Below, piece by piece: positions 19,172 through 27,907 of a stretch of 64,000 nucleotides of DNA. How positions within the stretch are numbered: position 1 is the first letter of the stretch; each line of letters opens with the position of its first letter. The position numbers and the translations under genes were made by a program. The stretch comes from Alphaproteobacteria bacterium (lineage in GTDB: Bacteria > Pseudomonadota > Alphaproteobacteria > MPNO01). Below the pieces are notes generated by a model. That model was not told the origin of the DNA. It ran no database searches and saw only the letters and a list, made by a program, of their open reading frames with translations. The stretch covers positions 139,316 to 203,315 of the forward strand of contig CBDDOM010000003.1 in NCBI GenBank assembly GCA_965231875.1, in the 5' to 3' direction.

Positions 19172-19205
19172 GGGGCGGCGCCCGGCGCTGCCCCTTTTCA
19201 TTTTC
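19172..19205 (+). terminator. intrinsic terminator after rplQ
   Basis: Stem ggggcggcg (19172-19180), loop cccgg, stem cgctgcccc (19186-19194, one G-U pair), then ttttcatttt. Confidence 0.6.
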
Positions 19206-19251
19206 GGAGCAGCGCGGCATGGTGCCGGTTCCTGGAAGGAGCCTTACGACC

Positions 19252-20673
19252 ATGACGCCGATGCGCGGCGCATTGTGGCTCGCCGCCGCCGGCCTCGCGC
19301 TGGCGGTCGCCGGCGCCGCACTAGCGGAAGCCGGGAAGCGGCTGCCTTCCGGTCAGGAGGAAATGCGGCTTTCCTTCGCGCCCCTCGTCAAGCGCGCCGC
19401 GCCCGCCGTCGTCAATATCTACGCAAGGCGCGTGGTGCGCAGCGCCCCGGTTTCTCCGTTCTTCAACGACCCGTTCTTCCGACGGTTTTTCGGAGAGGAT
19501 TTCTCCTTCGGGCGGCCCCGTGAACGGGTACAGAATTCGCTGGGCTCCGGCGTTGTCGTTCGCTCCGACGGGCTGGTCATCACCAATCACCACGTCATCA
19601 AGGATGCCAGCGAGATCACCGTCGTGTTCGCCGACCGCCGGGAGTTCGACGCGACGCTCATCGGTTCGGACGAGCGAACAGACCTCGCCGTGCTTCGGAT
19701 CGATCCAGGCGGGCAGGCGCTTCCGCATCTCGCGTTGCGGGATTCCGACGACCTCGAAGTCGGCGATCTGGTGCTTGCGATCGGCAATCCATTCGGGGTC
19801 GGTCAGACCGTGACCAGCGGAATCGTATCCGCGCTCGCCCGCACGGCGGCCGGCATCTCGGATTTCGGGTTTTTCATCCAGACCGACGCGGCGATCAACC
19901 CCGGCAACTCGGGCGGCGCGCTGGTATCGCTCGACGGCCGGCTGGTCGGCATCAATACCGCGATCTATTCCCGGGGCGGCGGGTCCATCGGGATCGGTTT
20001 CGCGATCCCGTCCAACATGGTGGCGATGGTGGTCGACGCGGTGGATCGGACCGGCCGGGTCGTCCGGCCGTGGATCGGAGCCCGGACCCAGGACGTCACC
20101 GCGGCCATCGCCGCCTCGCTCGGCCTCCCGCGTCCAACCGGCGCCATCGTCCGGGAGGTATATCCGGGTGGGCCGACAGAGGGGGCCGGGCTGCGCGTGG
20201 GCGATGTAATTCTGGCGGTTAACGGTCGCGGGATCGACGACCGCGCAGGTCTCCGGTTCCGCGTCGCGACGCTCCGGCTCGGTTCCAGGGCGAAGCTCAC
20301 GGTGCTCCGGCAGGGACGCAGCCGGACGCTGGGCTTCGACGTCATCGCCCCGCCCGAGATCCCGCCCCGCAATTTGACCGAACTGACGGGCCGGCATCCG
20401 TTTTCCGGTGCCGAGATGGCCGATCTGTCGCCCGCCCTTGCCGAGGAACTCAAGCTCGAAGGCATCGAGCGCGGCGTCGTGGTGATGAAAATGCGCAGGG
20501 GCGGCACGGCCAGCCGCCTCGGCTTCAGACGGGGCGATGTCGTGCTTCGAATCAACGGCAGCGAACCGCGCTCCGTCGCCGGGCTCAAGCGGCTTCTCGC
20601 CGCGCCGGTCGACCGCTGGCGGGTTTCCCTGCTGCGCGACGGCGAAGCGGTGTCCCTGGTCTTCGGAGCCTGA
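19252..20673 (+). CDS. DegP/HtrA (Do) family periplasmic serine endoprotease
   Basis: Catalytic triad context HVI..., DLAVLR, GNSGGAL, plus PDZ-like C-terminal regions. ATG 19252 (MTPMRGALWLAAAGLALAVAGAALA signal peptide) has AGGAG upstream. ATG 19219 is the alternative. Confidence 0.9.
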   Translation: MTPMRGALWLAAAGLALAVAGAALAEAGKRLPSGQEEMRLSFAPLVKRAAPAVVNIYARRVVRSAPVSPFFNDPFFRRFFGEDFSFGRPRERVQNSLGSGVVVRSDGLVITNHHVIKDASEITVVFADRREFDATLIGSDERTDLAVLRIDPGGQALPHLALRDSDDLEVGDLVLAIGNPFGVGQTVTSGIVSALARTAAGISDFGFFIQTDAAINPGNSGGALVSLDGRLVGINTAIYSRGGGSIGIGFAIPSNMVAMVVDAVDRTGRVVRPWIGARTQDVTAAIAASLGLPRPTGAIVREVYPGGPTEGAGLRVGDVILAVNGRGIDDRAGLRFRVATLRLGSRAKLTVLRQGRSRTLGFDVIAPPEIPPRNLTELTGRHPFSGAEMADLSPALAEELKLEGIERGVVVMKMRRGGTASRLGFRRGDVVLRINGSEPRSVAGLKRLLAAPVDRWRVSLLRDGEAVSLVFGA

Positions 20674-20676
20674 GCG

Positions 20677-21987
20677 GTGACCGCCGACCGCGACCGCGAG
20701 CCGGGGCTGTTCGAATCGGAAGCGCCGCGACCCCTCGCCGATCGGCTGCGTCCGGCGAGGCTCGAGGATGTGCTGGGTCAGGATCACCTGTTGGGCCCGG
20801 AGGCACCGATCGGCCGCATGGTGAGCGAAGACCGCCTGACCTCGATGGTTCTGTGGGGACCTCCGGGAAGCGGCAAGACGACGATCGCCCGGCTGCTGGC
20901 CAACGCGACCGCGCTCCATTTCGAGCCCCTGTCGGCGGTCTTTTCCGGAGTCGCAGACCTCAAGCGGGTGTTCAACGAAGCGCGTGGGCGGCGCGTTGGC
21001 GGGCAGGGGACCATTCTGTTCGTTGACGAGATCCACCGGTTCAACCGCGCCCAGCAGGACAGTTTCCTGCCCGTCGTCGAGGACGGCACCGTCATCCTGA
21101 TCGGCGCCACGACGGAGAATCCTTCCTTCGAGCTTAACGGGGCGTTGCTTTCGCGGTGCCAGGTTTTCGTGCTCCGGCGGCTGGACGACCCGGCTGTGGA
21201 AACCCTGCTGCAGCGGGCGGAGGCAGAGTCCGGGCATCGCCTCCCTCTCGATGCGGGCGCCCGGGCGGCGCTCCTCGCCATGGCCGACGGCGACGGGCGC
21301 TATGTTCTCAACCTTGCCGAGGAACTGCTGGCGCTTCCCGCCGGCGATGCGCTGGACGTGGCCGGATTGTCCCAGGCGGTGCAGCGCCGCGCGCCGCTCT
21401 ACGACAAGTCGCAGGACGGCCACTACAACCTGATCAGCGCGCTGCACAAGTCGATCCGGGGGTCGGACCCGGACGCCGCGCTCTACTGGCTCTCCCGGAT
21501 GTTCCAGGGCGGCGAGGACCCGCGCTATGTCGCCCGTCGGCTGACCCGGCTCGCGGCCGAGGATGTCGGCCTGGCGGATCCGCGGGCGCTGGTCCAGGCG
21601 GTCGCCGCCTGGCAGGCCTACGAACGGCTCGGGTCGCCCGAGGGCGAACTCGCCATCGCGCAATTGGTCGTGTACCTCGCGAACGCACCCAAGTCGAACG
21701 CACTCTACAAGGGCTTCAACGCCGCATGGGCGGCGGCGGAACGGACCGGATCGCTCATGCCGCCGAGCCACATCCTGAATGCGCCGACGCGGCTGATGAA
21801 GGATCTGGGCTACGGCGCCGGTTATCGCTACGACCACGATGTGGAAGGCGGATTCTCGGGCCAGAACTACTTTCCCGACGGAATGGAACCGGAGGCGTTT
21901 TACAGGCCCACCGACCGGGGCGCGGAAGGCGAAGTCGCCGCCCGCATCGACGCGCTCCGGGCAAAGCGGCGAGGCGGGGCAGGGTGA
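20677..21987 (+). CDS. rarA: replication-associated recombination protein A (AAA+ ATPase)
   Basis: GTG start; Walker A GPPGSGKTT; C-terminal MgsA-type region DGHYNLISALHKSIRGSDPDAALYWL. Confidence 0.92.
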   Translation: MTADRDREPGLFESEAPRPLADRLRPARLEDVLGQDHLLGPEAPIGRMVSEDRLTSMVLWGPPGSGKTTIARLLANATALHFEPLSAVFSGVADLKRVFNEARGRRVGGQGTILFVDEIHRFNRAQQDSFLPVVEDGTVILIGATTENPSFELNGALLSRCQVFVLRRLDDPAVETLLQRAEAESGHRLPLDAGARAALLAMADGDGRYVLNLAEELLALPAGDALDVAGLSQAVQRRAPLYDKSQDGHYNLISALHKSIRGSDPDAALYWLSRMFQGGEDPRYVARRLTRLAAEDVGLADPRALVQAVAAWQAYERLGSPEGELAIAQLVVYLANAPKSNALYKGFNAAWAAAERTGSLMPPSHILNAPTRLMKDLGYGAGYRYDHDVEGGFSGQNYFPDGMEPEAFYRPTDRGAEGEVAARIDALRAKRRGGAG

Positions 21988-22116
21988 GGCTTCCGCTGTC
22001 CATCGCGTTTGGCGGCGCGGCCGTATCGACCTTGCCGCGATCTATATCGCCGGGCCGTTGATCTTGGCTACTGCCGGGCTCTATGCGGGACTCAAGCCGG
22101 TTCGCGAGGTGGCGGG

Positions 22117-23100
22117 ATGAGCCGCGTCCGTATCGCCACCGTCGGCCCGGGCGATCACGACATCCGTCTCGACCGCTGGTTCAAGCGCCATTTTCCCGAT
22201 CTCGGCCACGGACGGCTGGAGAAGCTGCTGCGCACCGGCCAGATCAGGGTCGACGGAGGGCGGGCCAGGGCCTCGACCCGGGTCGAGGCCGGGTGCGCGG
22301 TCCGGATTCCTCCCGGTCTCGCGGAGAACTTCGCCCGACCGGACCGTCGGGCTCCCGTTTCCCCGTCGGATGCCGCGTATCTGCGCGGCCGCGTTCTCTA
22401 TCGTGACGAGGACGTGATCGCGATCGACAAACCCGCCGGACTCGCCGTCCAGGGCGGGTCCAAGGTGAAGGTTTCGGTCGATGCGATGCTGGATGCGCTT
22501 CGCTTCGACGGCGACGAGCGCCCGAGGCTGGTTCATCGACTCGACAAGGGTACCAGCGGGGTGCTCGCCATCGCCCGGACGCGGCGGGCCGCGGCGTTCC
22601 TGGTTGGGGCGTTTCGGGAGGGGCGGGTCGAGAAGGAATACTGGGCGCTCGTCGCGGGCGTGCCGGAGCCCGCGCGCGGCATCGTGGACCTTGCGCTCGC
22701 CAAGACGGCGGTGCCAGGCGGCGACGGGATCGCGCGCGAGCGTGTGACTGCGGACTCGCCCGGCGCCAAGCGGGCCCGGACCGCCTATGCCGTCCTCGCC
22801 GAGGCGCGCCGCGTTTCCTGGCTTTCCCTGGTGCCGGAGACCGGCAGGACCCATCAGATCCGCGTACACTGCCAGGCGATCGGCAGGCCGATCCTGGGGG
22901 ACAGGAAATACGGCGCCGGCGCGGACAAGATCGACGGCCCGCCGCCCGTGAAACGCCTGATGCTGCACGCCCGCGGGCTTGTGCTGCCGCGGCCGGGGGG
23001 CGCATCCGTAACGGTGACGGCGCCGCTCGACGCCGAAATGCGGGCGCAATGGTCGTTCTGGGGATTCGACGAGATGGACCGGGGGGCGTATCGATCGTGA
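22117..23100 (+). CDS. rluC: RluA-family 23S rRNA pseudouridine synthase (RluC-like)
   Basis: Start at ATG 22117 (MSRVRIATVG...). S4-like N-terminus and catalytic HRLDKGTSGVL motif. Confidence 0.85.
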   Translation: MSRVRIATVGPGDHDIRLDRWFKRHFPDLGHGRLEKLLRTGQIRVDGGRARASTRVEAGCAVRIPPGLAENFARPDRRAPVSPSDAAYLRGRVLYRDEDVIAIDKPAGLAVQGGSKVKVSVDAMLDALRFDGDERPRLVHRLDKGTSGVLAIARTRRAAAFLVGAFREGRVEKEYWALVAGVPEPARGIVDLALAKTAVPGGDGIARERVTADSPGAKRARTAYAVLAEARRVSWLSLVPETGRTHQIRVHCQAIGRPILGDRKYGAGADKIDGPPPVKRLMLHARGLVLPRPGGASVTVTAPLDAEMRAQWSFWGFDEMDRGAYRS

Positions 23101-23798
23101 ACGTTGACAACGGCGCTCCCCTGGCCGCGTTCGATCTCGACGGGACTTTGCTGGATAGCGCCGGTTCCATCGTCGAGCGCGTGATCGCGTGCTGGGAGGC
23201 CTGCGGGTTCCCGCCGCCGGATCCCGTTCTCGCCCGGCGCATCATCGGGCTGCCGTGGAAGGAAAGCGTGCTCGCCCTGCTGCCGGACGCGGGGCCGGAG
23301 GAGTTCACGAAGATCCGGGCCTTCTACGACGATGTCCGGGAAGGCCGGCGGACGGCGCCGCCGCTCTCGGAAACGTTGTTCGACGGCGCCCGCGGGACGC
23401 TCGAATATCTGCGCGGGCAAGGGTTCACGCTCGCTATCGTGACCAGCCGGAACAGCGACAGGCTGGCGGAGCTTCTGCGGGACCATGGGATCGAAGAGTT
23501 CTTCTTTGCCTGCAAGACCGCCGATCTGGGTCCCGCCAAGCCCGACCCCTTTCTGCTCAGGGCCGCGATGGCGGAGACCGGGGCAGCCGCCGAGACCACC
23601 GTGATGATCGGCGACACGACTTTCGACATCGAGATGGCGGTGAACGCCGGCACGGGGGCGGTCGGGGTGAGTTGGGGCGTGCACGAGGTCGGGGAGTTGC
23701 GGACCGCCGGGGCGCACCGGATCGTCCAAAGCTTCGGCGAGATCCGCAAGGCGGCGGTCGCGATGACGGTAGAGAAACCCGTTCGACGCGCTCCCTGA
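23097..23798 (+). CDS. HAD-superfamily hydrolase (phosphoglycolate-phosphatase-like)
   Basis: Motif I AFDLDGTLLDS and motif IV GDTTFDIEMA. GTG 23097 overlaps the rluC stop as GTGA. ATG 23049 is the alternative. Confidence 0.8.
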   Translation: MNVDNGAPLAAFDLDGTLLDSAGSIVERVIACWEACGFPPPDPVLARRIIGLPWKESVLALLPDAGPEEFTKIRAFYDDVREGRRTAPPLSETLFDGARGTLEYLRGQGFTLAIVTSRNSDRLAELLRDHGIEEFFFACKTADLGPAKPDPFLLRAAMAETGAAAETTVMIGDTTFDIEMAVNAGTGAVGVSWGVHEVGELRTAGAHRIVQSFGEIRKAAVAMTVEKPVRRAP

Positions 23799-23879
23799 TC
23801 GCGCTGGACGCGATAGCCGCCGGGAGTAGTATCGAGCGTGAACCCAATACCTCGATTCCCGGTCGGGGCCGGTAAGCCG

Positions 23880-25115
23880 ATGTCGCTGCTCGATTGGAAT
23901 CCCGAAGACTTCAGCGAAATCCCCTACGCCTTCTACTCCGACGAGGAAATCTATCGTCGTGAGTTGAAGCGGGTCTTTCTGGGTGAGACCTGGAATTTCC
24001 TGGCGCTCGAATGCGAAATTCCCAACCCCGGGGATTACAAGACCGCGACGGTCGGGGAAGTCCCGGTCATCGTGGTGCGCGATGAGACGGGTGCGGTCAA
24101 TGCGATGGTCAATCGCTGCGCCCACCGGGGCAATCTGGTCTGCATCGACGAGGCAGGCAACGCCGAGCGGCTGACTTGCGTGTACCACAACTGGACCTAC
24201 GACCTCCGCGGCAATCTGGCGAGCATCGCCTTCGAACGCGGCATCCGCGGCAAGGGCGGGATGGCGGCGGATTTCGACCGGTCGCGGCACGGGTTGCAGC
24301 GGTTGCGCGTCAAGACCTGCCGCGGGCTGGTATTCGGCACCTTTTCCGCCGATGCACCGCCGCTGGCGGACTATCTGGGTCCGGAGATGCGCGCCAATAT
24401 CGACCGGGTCCTCGGCCGCGAGATGGAGATTCTCGGGAAGTTCCAGCACGGGCTCGACGGCAACTGGAAGCTCTACATCGAGAACGTGCGCGACACCTAT
24501 CACGCGACCCTTCTCCATTCCTTTTTCCCGACCTTCGGACTCAATCGCCTGTCGATGAAGGGCGGGATCGAGCTGAGCGAAGGCGGGCTGCACCACCTCA
24601 CCTATTCGATCGGCGCGACCGACCGGCCGGAGTCGCAGTACAACGCCCGCGATCTGCGCGCCGTGAAGGACGGCTATGCCCTCAACGCGCCGGAACTTCT
24701 CGAAACCTGGCCGGAATACGAGTGCGGAACCACGCTCGCCATCCAGAGCATTTTCCCGAACTTCTCGGTTCAGCAGGTTTCCAACGTCGTCACCGTGCGG
24801 CTGCTCCTGCCGAAGGGTCCGGACAAGAGCGTGCTCATCTGGTGGATCCTGGGCGCGGTCGAGGACACGTCCGAACAGCGCGCCATGCGGTTGCGCCAGT
24901 CGAACCTGATCGGGCCCGGCGGGTACATCGCGATGGAAGACGGCGCGGTGGTGGGTTGGGTACGCCGCGGCATCGCCGGCGCGGAGGATGAGAGTTCCGT
25001 GCTGGCGATGGGCGGACGCGGTGTCGAGCGGGATTCCGACAGCCGCTGCAACGAACTCTCCGTGCGCGGCTTTTGGCAGGGTTGGCACGGGCTGATGCAG
25101 GGTCGCGCCGAGTGA
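23880..25115 (+). CDS. Rieske (2Fe-2S) ring-hydroxylating oxygenase alpha subunit
   Basis: Rieske motif CAHRGNLVCIDEAGNAERLTCVYH (C-x-H-x17-C-x2-H) and mononuclear iron motif DTYHATLLH. Start at ATG 23880, or GTG 23838. Confidence 0.88.
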   Translation: MSLLDWNPEDFSEIPYAFYSDEEIYRRELKRVFLGETWNFLALECEIPNPGDYKTATVGEVPVIVVRDETGAVNAMVNRCAHRGNLVCIDEAGNAERLTCVYHNWTYDLRGNLASIAFERGIRGKGGMAADFDRSRHGLQRLRVKTCRGLVFGTFSADAPPLADYLGPEMRANIDRVLGREMEILGKFQHGLDGNWKLYIENVRDTYHATLLHSFFPTFGLNRLSMKGGIELSEGGLHHLTYSIGATDRPESQYNARDLRAVKDGYALNAPELLETWPEYECGTTLAIQSIFPNFSVQQVSNVVTVRLLLPKGPDKSVLIWWILGAVEDTSEQRAMRLRQSNLIGPGGYIAMEDGAVVGWVRRGIAGAEDESSVLAMGGRGVERDSDSRCNELSVRGFWQGWHGLMQGRAE

Positions 25116-25588
25116 CCGGAGTCTCGGCGCTGTCCGTTCGGATCGACGCGCTAAACCGACTCTACGGCCACGCGATCGACGACGGCAATTTTGAGCGCTG
25201 GCCCGGGTTCTTCGTCGAGAACGCGGTCTACAAGATCACGACGCGCTGGAATCACGACCGTGCCATGCCGGCCGGGCTGATGCTGTGCCAGGGCCGCGCG
25301 ATGATGGAAGATCGCGTGTCCGCGCTTCGCACCGCGAATATCTACGAGCCGCACCATTACCGGCACTTGATCGACCCGCCCGTACTCACCGACGGGTCGG
25401 GCCGAACGATTTCGGCGTCGGCGGGTTTTGCGGTCTACCGCACCATGCAGTCCGGCGCGCCCGAAGTCTTTTGTACCGGCAAATATGTCGACAAGATCGT
25501 CGAGGCCGAGGGCGGCCTGAAATTCAGCGAGCGGATCGTCGTCTGCGACGGCGAGCGCATCGATACGATGATCGTCATCCCGCTATAG
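25112..25588 (+). CDS. ring-hydroxylating oxygenase beta subunit (NTF2/SnoaL-like fold)
   Basis: About 158 aa. GTG 25112 overlaps the alpha stop as GTGA. Size and position are typical of small subunits. Confidence 0.75.
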   Translation: MTGVSALSVRIDALNRLYGHAIDDGNFERWPGFFVENAVYKITTRWNHDRAMPAGLMLCQGRAMMEDRVSALRTANIYEPHHYRHLIDPPVLTDGSGRTISASAGFAVYRTMQSGAPEVFCTGKYVDKIVEAEGGLKFSERIVVCDGERIDTMIVIPL

Positions 25589-25591
25589 CGT

Positions 25592-26002
25592 TCACTCGGC
25601 GTCGGGCAGGTTCACCGGCCAGTAGGGCGCAACCTCGACCCACTCGTCATCCGACCTGGCAGTCCATGGCGGCATCGTGACCCCGAATACGGAGAGCGGC
25701 GCTTGCCCGGTCGCGCGAAACTGAAAGGACGTGCCGACCGGGATCGTGATGCAGAGATCGGGTTCCAGCGCAACGACCTCTTCCTCCTCGCCGTCACCGC
25801 GCCACATCTCGCCTCGCCCCGACAAGACATACCAGATCTCTTCCACCGTCCTGTGGCGACCCGCCCGCGAGACCGCGCCGGGAGCGAGCCGGAAATGCGC
25901 CGCGCTGCCGCTTTGGAGCGCCAGCAGAACCCGCACCTCCGATCCGTCAGGCGCGGTTGCGTCGGCCTCGGTTGGAAGGCGCCGGGCGGCAAATCGAGGC
26001 AT
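25592..26002 (-). CDS. cupin-domain protein
   Basis: Start at ATG 26002 (MPRFAARRLP...). Contains HFRLAPGAVSRAGRHRTVEEIWYVLSGRGEMW, a cupin-like beta-barrel segment. Lies 16 nt downstream of the GST gene. Confidence 0.65.
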   Translation of the reverse strand: MPRFAARRLPTEADATAPDGSEVRVLLALQSGSAAHFRLAPGAVSRAGRHRTVEEIWYVLSGRGEMWRGDGEEEEVVALEPDLCITIPVGTSFQFRATGQAPLSVFGVTMPPWTARSDDEWVEVAPYWPVNLPDAE

Positions 26003-26018
26003 CGGTTTCGCCGGCCGG

Positions 26019-26711
26019 TCAGCGCTTGCCGTACTGCGCGGCGCCGAACATGTTCGACCAGTTTTCCTCGTTCCATTCCCACTGGTCGGCGGTGTCGGTA
26101 AGCCGTTCCATGTCCGGGGCGACGGCGGGGCGCGCCGCGATCGTCTCGAACCAGCGGAGCACGTTGGGGTGGTCCTCCAGCCGCTGGCCCTGGCGCCCGT
26201 GCAGCCGGCACCACGGAAAGATCGCCATATCCGCGATGGAATAGTCACCCGCCACGTACGCCGCTTCGCCGAGCCGCCGGTCGAGCACTTGATAAAGCCG
26301 GCGCGCCTCGTTGGTGTAGCGATCGTAGGCGTAGTCGATCTTCTCCGGCGCGTAGGCGCGGAAGTGGTGCGCCTGACCCAGCATCGGGCCGAAACTCGCC
26401 ATCTGCCACATCAGCCACTGCATCACTTCGAGCCGGGCGCGCGGCTCCTGCGGCATGAACTGTCCCGTCTTCTCGGCGAGATAGAGCAGGATCGCGCCCG
26501 ATTCGAAGACCGCGACCGGCTCGCCGTCCGGCCCATCGTCGTCGGCCAAAGCGGGGATCTTGTTGTTCGGACTGCTCGCCAGGAATTTCGGGTCGAACTG
26601 CTCGCCCTTTTCAAGGTCAACCCAGTGCTCGTTATAGGCAAGCCCGGTCTCTTCCAGCATGATGTGGATCTTCTGGCCGTTGGGCGTTGCCGAGGTGTAA
26701 AGATCGATCAC
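26019..26711 (-). CDS. yfcG: Nu-class glutathione S-transferase (YfcG-like GSH-dependent disulfide reductase)
   Basis: MIDLYTSATPNGQKIHIMLEE...SPNNKIPAL...FESGAILLYLAEKTG...QWLMWQMASFGPMLGQAHHF follows E. coli YfcG closely (from memory). Confidence 0.85.
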   Translation of the reverse strand: MIDLYTSATPNGQKIHIMLEETGLAYNEHWVDLEKGEQFDPKFLASSPNNKIPALADDDGPDGEPVAVFESGAILLYLAEKTGQFMPQEPRARLEVMQWLMWQMASFGPMLGQAHHFRAYAPEKIDYAYDRYTNEARRLYQVLDRRLGEAAYVAGDYSIADMAIFPWCRLHGRQGQRLEDHPNVLRWFETIAARPAVAPDMERLTDTADQWEWNEENWSNMFGAAQYGKR

Positions 26712-26797
26712 CGTTCGCTCCCGGCGGTTGTTCAGGGACGGCGCAGGAAACCACAGTTCGTCCGCGCCGGGAACAGGCTCGGGGAGCGCATGGCGGC

Positions 26798-27331
26798 TTG
26801 AGCGCTTGGATTTTCGGTTATGGCTCGCTGATATGGCGGCCCGATTTTGCTTACGTCGAACGAAGGACGGCCTGGATCGCCGAATGGTCTAGGCGGTTCT
26901 GGCAGGGCTCCACCGATCACAGGGGCGTGCCCGGCGATCCCGGGCGGGTGGTCACGCTGGTACGCGAAGACGAGGCCCGCTGCTGGGGCACGGCCTACCG
27001 AATCGAGCCCGAGAACGGCGACGAAATCTTCGACCGGCTCGCCTATCGGGAGAAGGGCGGGTACGACCGAATTTCCCTCGACATTCACTTCGCCGTGCCC
27101 GGAGATGCGCCGGTAACCGGCTTCGTCTATTTCGCCAACCCGGACAACCCCAACTGGCTCGGTCCCGCGCCGCTGGCCGACATCGCCCGCCAAATCCGTC
27201 GCAGCCACGGGCCGAGCGGCGCCAATACGGAATATGTGCTGCAACTCGCCGCCGCGCTGCGCGGGATGGGGGTGGAGGACGAGCACGTATTCGCGCTCGC
27301 CGACCTCGTCAAAAGCGACTGCGCACCCTAA
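26798..27331 (+). CDS. ChaC-family gamma-glutamylcyclotransferase
   Basis: WIFGYGSLIWRPDF...RFWQGSTDHRG.PGDPGRVVTL motif. There is no in-frame ATG after the divergent GST start, so TTG 26798 with GGGGA upstream is proposed. The start is uncertain. Confidence 0.7.
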   Translation: MSAWIFGYGSLIWRPDFAYVERRTAWIAEWSRRFWQGSTDHRGVPGDPGRVVTLVREDEARCWGTAYRIEPENGDEIFDRLAYREKGGYDRISLDIHFAVPGDAPVTGFVYFANPDNPNWLGPAPLADIARQIRRSHGPSGANTEYVLQLAAALRGMGVEDEHVFALADLVKSDCAP

Positions 27332-27363
27332 ATTAGTTCGGAAACGGAGACGGGGGGTCCGCG

Positions 27364-27837
27364 ATGGCGAAAGCGACATTCGGTGCCGGCTGCTTCTGGG
27401 GTGTCGAGGAAGCCTATCGGCAGATCGACGGCGTCACCGCCACCGCGGTCGGCTATGCGGGCGGTGCCGTCGACAATCCGACCTACGAAATGGTGTGCTC
27501 GGGCCGGACCGGGCATGCCGAGGTGGTCCAGGTCGAGTACGACCCGGCCAAGGTGAGCTACGAAGCGCTACTCAAGCTGTTCTGGCAGGTGCACGATCCG
27601 ACCCAGGTCAACCGCCAGGGCCCCGACATCGGCACCCAGTACCGGACCGTCATCTTCGCCCATGACGAGGATCAGGCCGAGGCCGCGAGACGATCGCTGG
27701 ACGACGAGCAGGCGGGCGGTCGCCACCGCCGCGATATCGCGACGCAAATCGAGTCCGCCCCCAACTTCTGGATCGCCGAGGACTATCACCAGCAATATTT
27801 CGCCAAGCGCGGCCACCGCCGGTTCGGACTGTTCTAG
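27364..27837 (+). CDS. msrA: peptide-methionine (S)-S-oxide reductase
   Basis: [15 protein letters not shown]...GYAGG...[24 protein letters not shown] is the canonical MsrA signature. Confidence 0.93.
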   Translation: MAKATFGAGCFWGVEEAYRQIDGVTATAVGYAGGAVDNPTYEMVCSGRTGHAEVVQVEYDPAKVSYEALLKLFWQVHDPTQVNRQGPDIGTQYRTVIFAHDEDQAEAARRSLDDEQAGGRHRRDIATQIESAPNFWIAEDYHQQYFAKRGHRRFGLF

Positions 27838-27907
27838 GCGAGCGTCGCCGGGACGACTTGAAGGGTCCTCTCCGTTAATATCCCCCGGAAGTCGGGGGAA
27901 TGCGTGC

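Noticed and set aside
19321-21837. Very long antisense ORFs. Examples: 838 aa at 19321-21837 (-), 809 aa at 34624-37053 (+), 794 aa at 29772-32156 (+), 744 aa at 22854-25088 (-), 619 aa at 47531-49390 (-), 614-621 aa around 40811-42676, and others.
   Set aside because: They lie opposite or out of frame to genes with clear family motifs and are dominated by Arg/Gly/Pro/Ala/His. They are the expected stop-poor shadow frames of high-GC DNA. No domain motif was recognisable in any of them.
21988-22116. Small ORF 21839-22120 (+), with a hydrophobic tail ...IAGPLILATAGLYAGL..., as a membrane peptide between rarA and rluC.
   Set aside because: Most of it overlaps the rarA 3' end out of frame. No Shine-Dalgarno sequence or conserved motif was seen, so it was treated as noise.
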